Part shown: positions 21,515 to 32,000 of the stretch, piece by piece
How positions within the stretch are numbered: position 1 is the first letter of the stretch
Layout of the letters: each line of letters begins with the position of its first letter
Assembly (NCBI RefSeq): GCF_900128735.1
Contig: NZ_LT667503.1
Span: forward strand, 360,001-392,000
DNA length: 32,000 bases
Source of the DNA: Candidatus Saccharimonadota bacterium
GTDB taxonomy: Bacteria; Pseudomonadota; Gammaproteobacteria; Enterobacterales; Enterobacteriaceae
Reading direction: 5' to 3'
Notes under the pieces: model-generated
Told to the model about the DNA's origin: nothing
Databases searched by the model: none
The model's input: the letters and a program-made list of their open reading frames with translations, nothing else
Translations under genes and position numbers: made by a program

Positions 21515-21713
21515 ATGTTTATCCTATGGTATAATAAAAATAAAAAGTACAAGAAATTAGTTTTTTAAGATTAAATTTTTTTTAAAAAAAAATTAAATTA
21601 TATTTAAATAAAATAAATAATTAATTAAAAATATATTTTTTTTTAAAAAAAAATTTTTATTTAATTAAACAATCTTTTTTTTAAATTTATATATAATATA
21701 GAATGCTCATCAT

Positions 21714-22160
21714 ATGTCGATAAAAAAAATTTTACAATTTCCAGACAATCGTTTACGAAAAATCGCAAAACCAGTAAAAAAAATTGGAAAAATAACAAAA
21801 AAGATCATAAGAGATATGTTTGATACTATGTATGCGAATCATGGCATCGGATTAGCAGCAACACAAATAAATATCCATCAACAAATTATTGTTATTAAAA
21901 AAAAAATACAGGACAATAAAGCTTTAATCTTAATAAATCCTACTATATTAAAGTCATCAGGAAAAATACGCATTTCTGAAAGCTGTTTATCTGTACCAAA
22001 TATTGAAAAAAAAGTCAATCGTTCTTATAAAATTCAAGTAGCAGCAATTAACTGTAATGGAAAAAAAATTTTTTTAAAAGCTAAATCTCTATTAGCTATT
22101 TGTATTCAACATGAAATAGATCATTTAATAGGAAAACTATTTATTGATCATATTATATAA
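21714..22160 (+). CDS. def: peptide deformylase (short, lacks the C-terminal helix)
   Basis: 148 aa. All three metal/active-site motifs are present: GIGLAATQ, ESCLSVP (EGCLS) and QHEIDHL. Confidence 0.95.
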   Translation: MSIKKILQFPDNRLRKIAKPVKKIGKITKKIIRDMFDTMYANHGIGLAATQINIHQQIIVIKKKIQDNKALILINPTILKSSGKIRISESCLSVPNIEKKVNRSYKIQVAAINCNGKKIFLKAKSLLAICIQHEIDHLIGKLFIDHII

Positions 22161-22196
22161 CTCATTTCTTTATCCAAAATCATTATATTATTTAAT

Positions 22197-23135
22197 ATGT
22201 CTAAAAAAAAAACAAAAATCATTTTTGCCGGATCTAACAAATTCTCACTTCAACATTTAAAATCATTATTTTTTTCAAAATATAAAATCAGCGCTCTTCT
22301 CACTGCAAAGAATAAAAAAAAAATCTCTCCAATAAAAAAATTTGCATTACAAAATAATATACCTATATTACAACCTAAAAACTTAAAGAAAAAAAATTTT
22401 TGTAATCAAATTAAAGATATACATGCAGATATTCTAATTATTTGTGCATATGGTATGTTGATACCTAGTTCAATAATAAATTTATTTTCAAAGAAAGCAA
22501 TTAATATACACGCTTCTTTACTTCCTCGCTGGCGAGGTGCTGCCCCTATCCAATGGGCAATCTTATCCGGAGATAAAAAAACTGGAATTAGCATCATTCA
22601 AATGAGTTCCGTTATCGACGCCGGCCCAATCTTAGGCACTGTCTCATGCCCTATTCTATTCAACGATACTACAAAAACAATATATAAAAAATTAACACCT
22701 ATTTCAATACATGCTATGCATAATATTCTCATAAAAATTATACATAAAAATCAAATAAAATTGCATAAACAAGATGAAAGGAAAGTGACATACGCTCCAA
22801 AAATAAAAAAAGAAGATGCAAAAATTTCCTGGACTAAATCAGCAAAAGATTGTGAACGATTAATTCGCGCATTAAATCCTTGGCCTCGTTGTTATTTTAT
22901 ATTACAAAATAAAAACATAAAAATAATACGCGCATCAGTTCTTATAAATAATAACCAAAACCAATATAAAATAGGTGAAATTATTTGCGCTAATAAATTA
23001 GGAATACAAATATGTACTACATGTCATATTCTAAATATAGAAGAAATACAAATAGAAGGATGTATCTCTATGCATATTAGTCAAATCTTAAATTCTAAAA
23101 AAAATTGGTTTACTCCGGGAACTATATTAATGTAA
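22197..23135 (+). CDS. fmt: methionyl-tRNA formyltransferase
   Basis: 312 aa. IIFAGSNKFS, INIHASLLPRWRGAAPIQWAILSGDKKTGISIIQM is diagnostic, and the gene lies downstream of def. Confidence 0.95.
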   Translation: MSKKKTKIIFAGSNKFSLQHLKSLFFSKYKISALLTAKNKKKISPIKKFALQNNIPILQPKNLKKKNFCNQIKDIHADILIICAYGMLIPSSIINLFSKKAINIHASLLPRWRGAAPIQWAILSGDKKTGISIIQMSSVIDAGPILGTVSCPILFNDTTKTIYKKLTPISIHAMHNILIKIIHKNQIKLHKQDERKVTYAPKIKKEDAKISWTKSAKDCERLIRALNPWPRCYFILQNKNIKIIRASVLINNNQNQYKIGEIICANKLGIQICTTCHILNIEEIQIEGCISMHISQILNSKKNWFTPGTILM

Positions 23136-23184
23136 AAGTAAAATTGAAAAATATTTTTATCAACTATTTTTTTCAAGAAAAATA

Positions 23185-23206
23185 ACGGCATAAAGATGCC
23201 GTTTTT
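23185..23206. terminator. bidirectional rho-independent terminator between convergent fmt and rplQ
   Basis: ACGGCAT (23185..23191), loop AAAG and ATGCCGT (23196..23202) are followed by TTTTT on the plus strand. On the minus strand the same stem is followed by TATTTTT. Confidence 0.7.
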
Positions 23207-23257
23207 ATAAAAAAATATATGTTTATAAAAAATTCCATAGATAAAAAAAATAATATT

Positions 23258-23620
23258 TTAACGAGAACGACCTACCAATTCAATATATGCTAAAATAGCA
23301 TTATCACCTTTTCTAAAACCACATTTTAAGATACGCGTATATCCCCCTGATCTCAATAAAAAATGTGGACCTACATCACTAAATAATTTTTTTACTACTT
23401 CAATATCACGCGTACGTGAAAAAATTAATCGTCGATTAGAAACCGAATCATATTTTGAAAAATTAATTATAGGTTCAATAAAACGACGTAATTCCTTGGC
23501 TTTAGGCAAAGTGGTACGAATATATTCATATTTTATTAATGAACACGCCATATTTTTTAACATTGCTTGTAAATGACTTCTCTTCCTATTTAAAAACCGT
23601 CCACTTTTTCTATGCCTCAT
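23258..23620 (-). CDS. rplQ: 50S ribosomal protein L17
   Basis: 120 aa: [28 protein letters not shown]... It is the last gene of the alpha operon. Confidence 0.96.
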   Translation of the reverse strand: MRHRKSGRFLNRKRSHLQAMLKNMACSLIKYEYIRTTLPKAKELRRFIEPIINFSKYDSVSNRRLIFSRTRDIEVVKKLFSDVGPHFLLRSGGYTRILKCGFRKGDNAILAYIELVGRSR

Positions 23621-23669
23621 AATAATACCTCTCTATATAATATATAAATATATAAAAACATAGAAATAA

Positions 23670-24659
23670 TTAATGTTCTATTAAAGCATCAGGAGGCCAA
23701 TTTTCTAACTTCATACCTAAAGATAAACCTCGAGAAGCTAAAACATCTTTTATTTCAGTTAAAGATTTTTTTCCCAAATTAGGAGTTTTTAATAAATCCA
23801 CTTCCATTTTTTGTACTAAATCACCGATATAATGAATACTTTCAGTTTTTAAGCAGTTAGCCGATCTAACAGTTAATTCTAAATCATCAACGGGACGCAA
23901 TAAAACCGGTTCAAACTCTGGTTTCTCTTCTTTAACAACAGGCTCGCGCACCCCTCTTAAATCGACAAATGCTTCTAATTGCTCTGATAAAATCGTTGCA
24001 GCTTTTCGTATAGCCTCTTCAGGATTAATAGTTCCATTAGTTTCTAAATCAATAATCAATTTATCTAAATCAGTTCGTTGAGCAACGCGCGCCGCTTCAA
24101 CATGATAAACAATTCGTTCAATGGGACTATAGGAAACATCCAAAAATAATTTTCCAATAGCGCGGTTATCATCGTAAATTTTTTTTCTTAATCCAGCCGT
24201 GACATAACCGCGACCACGAACCACCCTCATTCTCATATCGAGAGACGCTAATGGACTTGTTAAATGACAAATAACATGATCTAAATTTACAATTTCTATT
24301 GATGAATCAGCACTAATATCAGAAGCTAAAACTGGACCCAAACCTCTTTTTTTTAAAAATAAAATAACTTCATCTTTATTAAATAATTTAATCGCTACAC
24401 CTTTCAAATTTAAAAGAAGCTCTAAGATATCTTCTTTCATACCTTCTTTAGGCATATATTCATGCAATATTCCATGAATCTCTACTTCAGTTATTGCGCA
24501 ACCCGGCATAGACGATAATAAAATTCTTCGTAGAGCATTTCCTAAAGTATGTCCGAATCCACGCTCTAACGGTTCTAAGATAATTTTTGAATGCATCACG
24601 CTAATTTGCTGGATATCCACTAAACGTGGTTTCAAAAATTCTATTATAGAATCCTGCAT
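23670..24659 (-). CDS. rpoA: DNA-directed RNA polymerase subunit alpha
   Basis: 329 aa, the same length as E. coli. The alpha-[14 protein letters not shown]...IHYIGDLVQ...[19 protein letters not shown] is nearly identical to E. coli. Confidence 0.98.
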   Translation of the reverse strand: MQDSIIEFLKPRLVDIQQISVMHSKIILEPLERGFGHTLGNALRRILLSSMPGCAITEVEIHGILHEYMPKEGMKEDILELLLNLKGVAIKLFNKDEVILFLKKRGLGPVLASDISADSSIEIVNLDHVICHLTSPLASLDMRMRVVRGRGYVTAGLRKKIYDDNRAIGKLFLDVSYSPIERIVYHVEAARVAQRTDLDKLIIDLETNGTINPEEAIRKAATILSEQLEAFVDLRGVREPVVKEEKPEFEPVLLRPVDDLELTVRSANCLKTESIHYIGDLVQKMEVDLLKTPNLGKKSLTEIKDVLASRGLSLGMKLENWPPDALIEH

Positions 24660-24688
24660 TCTTTTCCTCTCTATCTTAATTATAAAAA

Positions 24689-25309
24689 TTATTTTGAATA
24701 CAGTTCTATAATTAAATGTTCATTAATATCTAATAATATATCACTACGTACTGGAATTCTTTTTAAAAAACCTTCCCATTTCTCAAAATTTATATCTAAC
24801 CAATCAGGTTTTTCTCGTTGTTTCATTAATTCTAAAGCCGCTTTAATTCGTGTTTGATTTTTTGATTTTTCACAAATTGATATTTTATCATTTAATGACA
24901 CCTGAAAAGACGGGATATTAACTATTCTATTATTTACTAGAACAGATTTATGGCTAATGAGTTGCCGAGATTCAGATCGAGTTGCACCAAATCCAATTCG
25001 ATATACAATATTATCCAAACGACGCTCTAATAAAGAAAGAAGATTATTTCCTGAATTTCCTTTTAATTTAGCAGCTTTTTTATAATAGTTATGAAACTGT
25101 TTTTCAAATAGACCATATAAACGTCTTACTTTTTGTTTTTCTCTTAATTGAATTCCATATTCGGATAAACGTAATTTACGAGATCCATGTTGTCCAGGCG
25201 CTCTATCTATTTTACACTTTGATTCAATAGCACGAACCCCAGATTTTAAAAATAAATCAGTACCTTCTCTACGACTTAATTTTAACTTTGGTCCTAAATA
25301 TTTTGCCAT
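24689..25309 (-). CDS. rpsD: 30S ribosomal protein S4
   Basis: 206 aa: [28 protein letters not shown]... Confidence 0.97.
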   Translation of the reverse strand: MAKYLGPKLKLSRREGTDLFLKSGVRAIESKCKIDRAPGQHGSRKLRLSEYGIQLREKQKVRRLYGLFEKQFHNYYKKAAKLKGNSGNNLLSLLERRLDNIVYRIGFGATRSESRQLISHKSVLVNNRIVNIPSFQVSLNDKISICEKSKNQTRIKAALELMKQREKPDWLDINFEKWEGFLKRIPVRSDILLDINEHLIIELYSK

Positions 25310-25341
25310 ATTATGCCTTATTTTAAAATTTTAAAACATCA

Positions 25342-25734
25342 TTACACACGACGTTTTTTGGGTGGACGACAACCATTATGCGGAATTGGAGTAATATCTG
25401 TAATATTGGTGATACGAAAACCAGCAGTATTTAAAGCTCTAATAGTAGATTCTCGTCCCGGACCCGGACCTTTTACCATAATTTCTAAATTTTTAATACC
25501 ATATTCTTTTACAAGATCAGCGCATCTTTCTGCGGCAACTTGTGCAGCAAAAGGTGTAGATTTTCTTGATCCTCTGAATCCAGATCCTCCTGAAGTCGCC
25601 CAACCTAGTGTATGACCTTGACGATCTGTAATTGTTACGATAGTGTTATTAAAGGATGCATGAATATGCGCGATACCATCAATTATTTGTCTTTTCGCTC
25701 TTTTTTTTAAATGTGTAACTTTTGTTTTTGCCAT
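25342..25734 (-). CDS. rpsK: 30S ribosomal protein S11
   Basis: 130 aa: ...[21 protein letters not shown]...[15 protein letters not shown]... Confidence 0.97.
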   Translation of the reverse strand: MAKTKVTHLKKRAKRQIIDGIAHIHASFNNTIVTITDRQGHTLGWATSGGSGFRGSRKSTPFAAQVAAERCADLVKEYGIKNLEIMVKGPGPGRESTIRALNTAGFRITNITDITPIPHNGCRPPKKRRV

Positions 25735-25761
25735 AATGAGATAACCCTATCTTATATTTCT

Positions 25762-26118
25762 TTATTTTTTTATTAATTTTCTCGGGCCTTTACATGTACG
25801 TGCATTTGTTTTAGTTCTTTGTCCTCGCACAGGAAGATGTTTTCGATGACGTAATCCTCGATAACACCCAAGATCCATTAGTCTTTTCACACTCATTTTA
25901 TTTTCACGACGTAAATCACCTTCTACAATAAATTTTAAAACTATCAAACGTAATTTTTCAATTTCTTGATCATTTAATGAATTCACTTTAACATGTCGCG
26001 AAATATTCATAGCCATACAAATCTTTTTAGAACGTGATAAACCAATGCCATAAATATTCGTTAATGCAATTAATAAATGTTTATGATCAGGAATATTAAT
26101 TCCAGCAATACGAGCCAC
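25762..26118 (-). CDS. rpsM: 30S ribosomal protein S13
   Basis: 118 aa with a GTG start: [14 protein letters not shown]...[32 protein letters not shown]. The SD GGAG lies upstream. Confidence 0.97.
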   Translation of the reverse strand: MARIAGINIPDHKHLLIALTNIYGIGLSRSKKICMAMNISRHVKVNSLNDQEIEKLRLIVLKFIVEGDLRRENKMSVKRLMDLGCYRGLRHRKHLPVRGQRTKTNARTCKGPRKLIKK

Positions 26119-26237
26119 TTATTTTACTCCACAGTTATTAAAAATATTATTTTAATATTCTTTTAAATATAAAAAATTTATTATCTATCAAATATCTATA
26201 CCAAAATAATTTTAAATTTTGTTCAATAACAAAAAAT

Positions 26238-26354
26238 TTATCCTTGTCTTTGTTTATGTTTTGGATAATTATTACAAATGACACGAACAACATTTTTACG
26301 TCGCACAATTTTACAATCACGACATATTTTTTTAACAGATGCCCGGACTTTCAT
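26238..26354 (-). CDS. rpmJ: 50S ribosomal protein L36
   Basis: Too short for the ORF track. The reverse strand from ATG 26354 reads [38 protein letters not shown] followed by a stop (38 aa, Cys3-His zinc form). It lies between secY and rpsM, as in E. coli. Confidence 0.93.
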   Translation of the reverse strand: MKVRASVKKICRDCKIVRRKNVVRVICNNYPKHKQRQG

Positions 26355-26384
26355 GCAAAACTCCTAAAAAACTGTTAGATATTT

Positions 26385-27680
26385 TTATGATCTTAAATAT
26401 AAACTTGCTTTTTTTAAAACCGATGTATATTGAGTAGACATTATAAATGTTTGTATTTGAGTAATAAATTCTATAATGACAACTACAACAATTAATAATG
26501 AAGTACCGCCAAAATAAAACGGAACATGTAAAAAATAACGCATTATTTCTGGTGTTAAACAAATTAAAACTGTATATATTGATCCAATTAATGTTAACCG
26601 CAATACAATTTTGTTAATATATTTAGCTGTTTGTATTCCTGGACGTATCCCTGGTAAAAAAGCACCAGATTTTTTTAAATTCTCAGATACATCTTTAACA
26701 TTAAAAATTAAACCTGTATAAAAAAAACAAAAGAAAATAATTAAAAAAATATATATAAAAAAATATAAAAAATGATTAGGGCGTAAAGAAAAAAAGAAAC
26801 TAAAAAACCATTTCTTTTCATGAAAAATATTATAAAAATACGTAGCAATCATTGACGGAAAGAAAATGATACTAGATGAAAAAATTACTGGCACCACCCC
26901 TGCCATATTTAATTTTAACGGTAAATAATTACTATTTTTTAAAGATATATTACGATGTTGCTGTTGTCTAGCATAATAAACAGTAATATTACGTTGACTT
27001 TGTTCTATTACAACTACCAAATAAATAATGAAAATCATCGTAATCAAAATTAAAAAACAATTAAATATATTAAATTGATTCAAAAAAATATATTCCATAG
27101 TATTAGCTATCGATTTTGGTAAACCCGCTAAAATTCCAGAAAAAATAATTAAAGAAATTCCGTTTCCTAATCCTTTTTCTGTTATTAATTCACCTAACCA
27201 CATTAAAAAAATTGTTCCTGTAACTAAACTTGTTACCGCAGGAAAATAAAATTCAAAACCTGAACGAATTATAATATTTTGCATACCTGGAATATAAGGT
27301 AAACCTATAATTACACTAAAAGATTGTACACAAGCTAAAAAAAAAGTGATGAATCTTGTATATTGATTAATTTTATTTTTTCCTAATTCACCTTCTTTTT
27401 TTAATTCTTTTAAAGAGGTACAAACGACAGTTAATAATTGAATTATAATTGAAGCAGAAATATATGGCATCACACCTAAAGCAAATATAGATGCTCTATT
27501 TAAGGAGCCTCCAGAAAACAAATTAAATATTTCTAGAATAGAATTATGTTTCTGTATTAAAAATTTTTGCAATATACTAATGTTTATACCAGGAATAGGA
27601 ATAAATGATCCAATTCGAAATATTAAAATAGATCCAATTAAGAACCAAATTCTATTTTTTAAATTATGTGTATTTGCCAT
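26385..27680 (-). CDS. secY: protein translocase subunit SecY
   Basis: 431 aa. FRIGSFIPIPGI, SIFALGVMPYISASIIIQLLTVV, FLMWLGELITEKGLGNGISLIIF and PFYFGGTSLLIVVVV are present. Confidence 0.97.
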   Translation of the reverse strand: MANTHNLKNRIWFLIGSILIFRIGSFIPIPGINISILQKFLIQKHNSILEIFNLFSGGSLNRASIFALGVMPYISASIIIQLLTVVCTSLKELKKEGELGKNKINQYTRFITFFLACVQSFSVIIGLPYIPGMQNIIIRSGFEFYFPAVTSLVTGTIFLMWLGELITEKGLGNGISLIIFSGILAGLPKSIANTMEYIFLNQFNIFNCFLILITMIFIIYLVVVIEQSQRNITVYYARQQQHRNISLKNSNYLPLKLNMAGVVPVIFSSSIIFFPSMIATYFYNIFHEKKWFFSFFFSLRPNHFLYFFIYIFLIIFFCFFYTGLIFNVKDVSENLKKSGAFLPGIRPGIQTAKYINKIVLRLTLIGSIYTVLICLTPEIMRYFLHVPFYFGGTSLLIVVVVIIEFITQIQTFIMSTQYTSVLKKASLYLRS

Positions 27681-27726
27681 TTTATTTTTTCTATGAAATC
27701 AATATAATTACAGTTATAGTATTTTT

Positions 27727-28161
27727 TTATTTAATAAAACCACCTACAGATTGAATGCTAATACGCGCTCCCTTTGTCACTTTTAGACCGGAAATAACCA
27801 CTGGAAAACAAAGATGTCCAGATTGAATAATTTTAACAAATTTTATTGTTTTTTTAATAATATTAAATTTTTTTAAAATATTTAATGTAATTTCAGTTTT
27901 TTCTTTAATTTTTGCAAGTTCTGATAATCTTACTTCAGCAGTAATAATTTGTTTTTTTGATACAAATCCAAATTTTGGTATTCTTCTATATAATGGCGTT
28001 TGACCTCCTTCAAAACCACGACGAATTTTTCCTCCTGTTCTAGATTTTTGACCTTTATGACCTCTTCCTCCGGTTTTTCCAAATCCAGATCCTATCCCTC
28101 TACAAATTCTTTTTTTATATTTTTTATGATTTAATGAACGTGATAATGTATTTAAATACAT
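27727..28161 (-). CDS. rplO: 50S ribosomal protein L15
   Basis: The ORF track starts 12 codons early. ATG 28161 gives MYLNTLS..., matching E. coli MRLNTLS (144 aa). [20 protein letters not shown] is present. Confidence 0.95.
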   Translation of the reverse strand: MYLNTLSRSLNHKKYKKRICRGIGSGFGKTGGRGHKGQKSRTGGKIRRGFEGGQTPLYRRIPKFGFVSKKQIITAEVRLSELAKIKEKTEITLNILKKFNIIKKTIKFVKIIQSGHLCFPVVISGLKVTKGARISIQSVGGFIK

Positions 28162-28346
28162 ATTTTTTCCTTTTCTTTTATTTTTATCATATAACAAACT
28201 TTTTTTATCATACCTCTAATTGAAGGTGTATCTTCACGAACTACAATATCTCCAATATAACGTAAACCTAAACATCTCATAGTAGCTTTATGTTTTGGAA
28301 GACGACCAATAATACTTTTAATTTGTTGAATAACAAGTTTTTTCAT
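28152..28346 (-). CDS. rpmD: 50S ribosomal protein L30
   Basis: 64 aa. [22 protein letters not shown]...[11 protein letters not shown] is present. Its 3' end overlaps the rplO start by 10 nt. Confidence 0.94.
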   Translation of the reverse strand: MKKLVIQQIKSIIGRLPKHKATMRCLGLRYIGDIVVREDTPSIRGMIKKVCYMIKIKEKEKICI

Positions 28347-28361
28347 ATACTAGTCTCCTTT

Positions 28362-28862
28362 CTATATAAATAATTTAATTGATTTATTTCGTTTACGCGC
28401 AATAATCTCTGGAGATCTAATTTTCTTAAGTCCATTCATAGTAGCCCGTACAACATTCATAGGATTTGTTGAACCATATATTTTAGCTAAAATATCATGT
28501 ATCCCTACAACATCTAAAATAAAACGCATAGCACCTCCTGCAATAATTCCTGTACCTGCTGACGCTGGTTTCATAAAAATACTTGACCCAGTATGTATGC
28601 CAATTACAGCATGTTGTATTGTTTTTTTAAACAACGGAATTTGAATCATACTTTTTCTTGCTTGTTCCATAGCTTTTTGAATAGCAGATGGTACTTCGCG
28701 TGCTTTACCATATCCAAAACCTACTCTTCCTTTTCCATTTCCTACAACCGTTAATGCTGTAAAAGAAAAAATTCTTCCTCCTTTTACGGTTTTAGAAACT
28801 CGATTAACTGAAATTAATTTTTCTTTTAATTCGTTATTTAATCCTTTTCTTTCAAAACTCAT
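28362..28862 (-). CDS. rpsE: 30S ribosomal protein S5
   Basis: 166 aa: [43 protein letters not shown]... Confidence 0.97.
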   Translation of the reverse strand: MSFERKGLNNELKEKLISVNRVSKTVKGGRIFSFTALTVVGNGKGRVGFGYGKAREVPSAIQKAMEQARKSMIQIPLFKKTIQHAVIGIHTGSSIFMKPASAGTGIIAGGAMRFILDVVGIHDILAKIYGSTNPMNVVRATMNGLKKIRSPEIIARKRNKSIKLFI

Positions 28863-28879
28863 ATATATAACCCTTATAC

Positions 28880-29248
28880 TTAAAATATTAAACCAAATGA
28901 ACGAGCTGATTCTGCCAATGATTGAATGCGACCATGATATTTAAAACCAGAACGATCGAAAGAAACATTTGTAATACCTTTTTGAAGTGCTCTTTGAGCA
29001 ATTAATTCTCCCACCAAACCTGCTGAAGTTTTATTACCTGTATATAATTTTTTTTTATCAAAATACTTTTTCTCTAAGGTTGATGCATGCGCTATTACTT
29101 GTGCATTTTTATTAGAAATAATTTGTGCATATATATGTTTTGAACTTCGATGAATAATTAAACGAAAGAGAGATCTTAACTGAATATTTTTTCGTAATTT
29201 CATATAACGTCGTATACGTGAAGTATTTTTATTAATTTGACCTTTCAT
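28880..29248 (-). CDS. rplR: 50S ribosomal protein L18
   Basis: The ORF track starts 13 codons early, inside rplF. ATG 29248 gives [14 protein letters not shown]... (122 aa), matching E. coli L18 in length and at its N-terminus. HIYAQIIS...[17 protein letters not shown] is present. Confidence 0.93.
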   Translation of the reverse strand: MKGQINKNTSRIRRYMKLRKNIQLRSLFRLIIHRSSKHIYAQIISNKNAQVIAHASTLEKKYFDKKKLYTGNKTSAGLVGELIAQRALQKGITNVSFDRSGFKYHGRIQSLAESARSFGLIF

Positions 29249-29249
29249 A

Positions 29250-29792
29250 TTACTTCTTTTTTGCCTCTTTAATAGATATTTTTTCATTCAAATAACGTAT
29301 TCCTTTACCTTTATATGGCTCTGGAATACGATACGATCGTATATTAGCTGCTACTTGTCCTACTAATTGTTTATCTGCGCCAACTAAACAAATTTCATTA
29401 TTTGATGGCAAGGTAACTTTAATATATTTTGGAATAGAATATTGAATAGGATGCGAAAAACCAAGAAATAATTTTAAGATATTATTTTCTTCTAAAATTA
29501 CACGATATCCTACACCAAATAATTTTAATTTTTTGGTATAACCATAGGTAACTCCAAAAATCATATTCTGTAAAATAGAGCGACATGTACCAGCTTGCAT
29601 CCAACCATACGATTCTGACAAATGATTATGATGCACCGATAAAATATTTTTTTTACGTTTTATTTTAATACATTTATGAATGCGATATTTTAATAATCCT
29701 AAATGACCTGTAATAATAATTACAGGTATATCATTTAAAGATACTGATATAGCATCAGGTATAGTAATAGGTAATTTTGCAACTCTAGACAT
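29250..29792 (-). CDS. rplF: 50S ribosomal protein L6
   Basis: 180 aa: [12 protein letters not shown]...GVGYRV...[11 protein letters not shown]. Its stop codon (29252..29250) is 1 nt from the rplR ATG. Confidence 0.96.
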   Translation of the reverse strand: MSRVAKLPITIPDAISVSLNDIPVIIITGHLGLLKYRIHKCIKIKRKKNILSVHHNHLSESYGWMQAGTCRSILQNMIFGVTYGYTKKLKLFGVGYRVILEENNILKLFLGFSHPIQYSIPKYIKVTLPSNNEICLVGADKQLVGQVAANIRSYRIPEPYKGKGIRYLNEKISIKEAKKK

Positions 29793-29817
29793 ATTCTAAA
29801 TCTCCAAATAATTTATT

Positions 29818-30210
29818 TTATTCTACGCAACAAATTACTTCTCCACCTAAATTTTTCATACGCGCAACACGATCCGTTAAAATACCGCATGATGTAGAAA
29901 TAATAGCAATACCTAATCCTTGCATAATAAATGGTAAATTAACTTTTTTTCGATATTGCCTTAAACCTGGCCGACTAATACGCGAAATATTTTCAATTAC
30001 TGGTTTTCCTTGAAAATATTTTAATATTATTTCTAATAATAAATGTGTTTTTTTATACACATGATAATTTAAAATATATCCTTCACGTTTTAAAACTTGA
30101 ACAATATTTTTTTTTAACTTAGAAAAAGGAACTATAACAGATATTTTATTTGCTAATTGTCCATTACGAATATATGTAATCATGTCTGCTATGGGATCTT
30201 GAATGCTCAT
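29818..30210 (-). CDS. rpsH: 30S ribosomal protein S8
   Basis: The ORF track starts at GTG 30225. ATG 30210 gives [18 protein letters not shown]..., matching E. coli MSMQDPIADMLTRIRNGQ (130 aa). Confidence 0.95.
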   Translation of the reverse strand: MSIQDPIADMITYIRNGQLANKISVIVPFSKLKKNIVQVLKREGYILNYHVYKKTHLLLEIILKYFQGKPVIENISRISRPGLRQYRKKVNLPFIMQGLGIAIISTSCGILTDRVARMKNLGGEVICCVE

Positions 30211-30259
30211 AAAGATTTTTCTCACTTCTATAAATAAAATAATATTTTTTGATAGACTA

Positions 30260-30565
30260 TTACCAACTAGCTTTCGTTAATCCTGGTATTTCTCCTCTCA
30301 TCGCCGATTCTCTTAATTTCATGCGACTTAAACCAAATTTTCTTAAAAATGCATGAGGACGCCCAGTTTGTCTACAACGATTACGTTGTCTTGATGGACT
30401 AGAATCTCTCGGTAAAGTCTGTAATTTTAACATGGCATTCCATCGATCTTTTTCTAAAGCTTGACAATCTATTATAATTTTTTTTAATTGACATCGTAAT
30501 ATATGAAATTTTGCAGCTAATTTAATACGTTTTATTTCACGCGCTTTCATAGATTGTTTAGCCAT
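30260..30565 (-). CDS. rpsN: 30S ribosomal protein S14 (long, non-zinc form)
   Basis: 101 aa: [13 protein letters not shown]...[26 protein letters not shown]...GLTKASW. Confidence 0.97.
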   Translation of the reverse strand: MAKQSMKAREIKRIKLAAKFHILRCQLKKIIIDCQALEKDRWNAMLKLQTLPRDSSPSRQRNRCRQTGRPHAFLRKFGLSRMKLRESAMRGEIPGLTKASW

Positions 30566-30610
30566 TTTTTTAATCTCTTATGTTTTATTCTATTAAATAA
30601 ATATATTTTT

Positions 30611-31156
30611 TTATTTTCGAAAAGGAAAATTAAACGCTGATAATAATGCTCTTCCTTCTATATCTGATCGAGCTTTCATAGTTAATGTAATATCCATTCC
30701 TCTTATATTATCAATTTTATCATAATTAATTTCAGGAAAAATAATTTGTTCACGTATACCTAAACTATAATTTCCGCGTCCATCAAATGAACGAAGAGGC
30801 ATACCTCGAAAATCACGAATTCGAGGGATAGCTATAGTTATTAACTTATCAAAAAAATCCCACTTTCTATTTCCTCTTAATGTGACTTTACATCCAATAG
30901 GATATCCTTGCCGAATTTTAAAATTCGCAATCGATTTTTTTGCTAAGGTAACAATAGGTTTTTGACCAGAAATTAACATTAAATCATTAATAGCATTATT
31001 TAATACCTTTTTATCTGCAATAGATTTTCCAAGACCCATATTTAATGTTATTTTTTTAATTTGCGGAACTTCCATCACTGTTGTATAATGAAATTTCTCC
31101 ATTAACATAGGAATAACATTAATAATATAATAAGACTTTAATCGTGCGATTAACAT
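30611..31156 (-). CDS. rplE: 50S ribosomal protein L5
   Basis: 181 aa: ...KITLNMGLG...[17 protein letters not shown]...RIRDFRG...[20 protein letters not shown]... Confidence 0.97.
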   Translation of the reverse strand: MLIARLKSYYIINVIPMLMEKFHYTTVMEVPQIKKITLNMGLGKSIADKKVLNNAINDLMLISGQKPIVTLAKKSIANFKIRQGYPIGCKVTLRGNRKWDFFDKLITIAIPRIRDFRGMPLRSFDGRGNYSLGIREQIIFPEINYDKIDNIRGMDITLTMKARSDIEGRALLSAFNFPFRK

Positions 31157-31175
31157 TACAAAAAACTCCTAATTT

Positions 31176-31490
31176 TTAAATAATTTGATTATTTGATTTA
31201 AAGACGCGCACTTTCTTATTATTGATCCAAAGAAATTTAATTTTTTCTTTTTTATTATTTTTTTTATTAAAAAAAGCTAAATTAGAAATATCAATCAAAG
31301 ATTCTTTATTTATTATACCGCTTTTTTTTTGTTTTGAAGGCGCCGATTTTTGATGTTTTTTTACCATATTAATATTTTCAACAATTGCTTTATTAATAAC
31401 AGGATAAATATACTTTACAATTCCAGTTTTTCCTTTATCTCTTCCCGTTAAAACTATCACTAAATCATTTTTACGTATTTTAGCAGACAT
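31176..31490 (-). CDS. rplX: 50S ribosomal protein L24
   Basis: 104 aa: MSAKIRKNDLVIVLTGRDKGKTGIVK... It lies between rplN and rplE. Confidence 0.94.
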   Translation of the reverse strand: MSAKIRKNDLVIVLTGRDKGKTGIVKYIYPVINKAIVENINMVKKHQKSAPSKQKKSGIINKESLIDISNLAFFNKKNNKKEKIKFLWINNKKVRVFKSNNQII

Positions 31491-31506
31491 ATTTTTACCT
31501 TATTTT

Positions 31507-31878
31507 TTATAATACCTCAGGAGCTAAAGATATAATCTTCATAAAAGATTCATTACGTAATTCTCTAGTAACTGGACCGAAAATACGAGTTCCTATTGGT
31601 TGTCCCGTACTATCATTTAAAATAACACAAGCATTTTTATCAAATCGAATTGTAGAACCATCAGAACGACTAATTCCTTTTTTAGTACGTACCACAACAG
31701 CCTTCATAACATCGCCTTTTTTCACTTTACTACGAGGAATAGCATCTTTAATCGCCACCTTAATTATATCACCAATATTAGCATATCGACGACGTGAACC
31801 TCCTAATACTTTTATACACATAGCTAATTTTGCACCAGAATTATCCGCAATATATAAAATTGTTTGCACTTGAATCAT
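31507..31878 (-). CDS. rplN: 50S ribosomal protein L14
   Basis: 123 aa: [17 protein letters not shown]...[18 protein letters not shown]...GPVTRELR... It is the first gene of the spc operon. Confidence 0.97.
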   Translation of the reverse strand: MIQVQTILYIADNSGAKLAMCIKVLGGSRRRYANIGDIIKVAIKDAIPRSKVKKGDVMKAVVVRTKKGISRSDGSTIRFDKNACVILNDSTGQPIGTRIFGPVTRELRNESFMKIISLAPEVL

Positions 31879-31954
31879 AATAAACCTCTTTATTAAAGTT
31901 ATATTTCGTTATATATATAATTAAAAAAAATAAATAAATTATAAAAATAACAAC

Positions 31955-31992
31955 GAAGACATGATATTTTTTATTAAACTATTCATGTCTCC
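31955..31992 (-). terminator. hairpin upstream of rplN (candidate terminator or attenuator at the S10/spc operon junction)
   Basis: On the minus transcript GGAGACAUGA (31992..31983) pairs with UCAUGUCUUC (31964..31955). That gives 8 Watson-Crick pairs plus a G.U and a G-C, with an 18-nt loop, followed by GUUGUUAUUUUUAUAAUUU. Confidence 0.4.
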
Positions 31993-32000
31993 TGAATATT

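Noticed and set aside
26119-26237. Candidate alpha-operon promoter between rpmJ and rpsM (minus-strand TTGAAC ... TGGTATAGA, or TTGATA-N17-ATTTAA).
   Set aside because: The spacing is wrong (about 20 nt) or the -10 is poor. It cannot be told apart from chance matches in A/T-rich DNA.

Overview
This window is a core-genome segment of an extremely AT-rich, highly reduced gammaproteobacterial insect endosymbiont. Gene content, gene order and the unlinked aroE-tRNA(Glu)-23S-5S arrangement point to Buchnera aphidicola or a very close analogue. That taxon call rests on remembered synteny, not on a search. I can support 35 protein genes: cyoB (partial), cyoA, bolA, clpP, clpX, lon, ppiD, dnaX, ybaB, htpG, adk, folD, cysS, ybeD, cspE, aroE, def, fmt, then rplQ-rpoA-rpsD-rpsK-rpsM, and rpmJ-secY-rplO-rpmD-rpsE-rplR-rplF-rpsH-rpsN-rplE-rplX-rplN. 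I can also support 23S and 5S rRNA, tRNA-Arg(UCU), tRNA-Glu(UUC), 4.5S/SRP RNA (ffs) and a few GC-rich hairpin terminators. rpmJ, the cyoB fragment and all RNA genes are absent from the ORF track and were read directly from the sequence. Several ORF-track starts are upstream over-extensions and are corrected here (ppiD, cysS, rplO, rplR, rpsH). I see no mobile elements, CRISPR, prophage, defence, toxin or secondary-metabolite genes, and no evidence of a novel multi-gene system. What is worth a second look is genome-erosion biology. tig, hupB, recR and tsaC/smg/dprA are missing from their ancestral positions. dnaX is cut back to the clamp-loader core. A self-complementary T(n)A(n) homopolymer-junction motif recurs in promoter-bearing spacers. 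Other points are slippage-prone in-frame poly(A) tracts, tRNA genes without encoded CCA, overlapping convergent stop codons, and the regulatory architecture of the orphan tRNA(Glu)-23S-5S operon.
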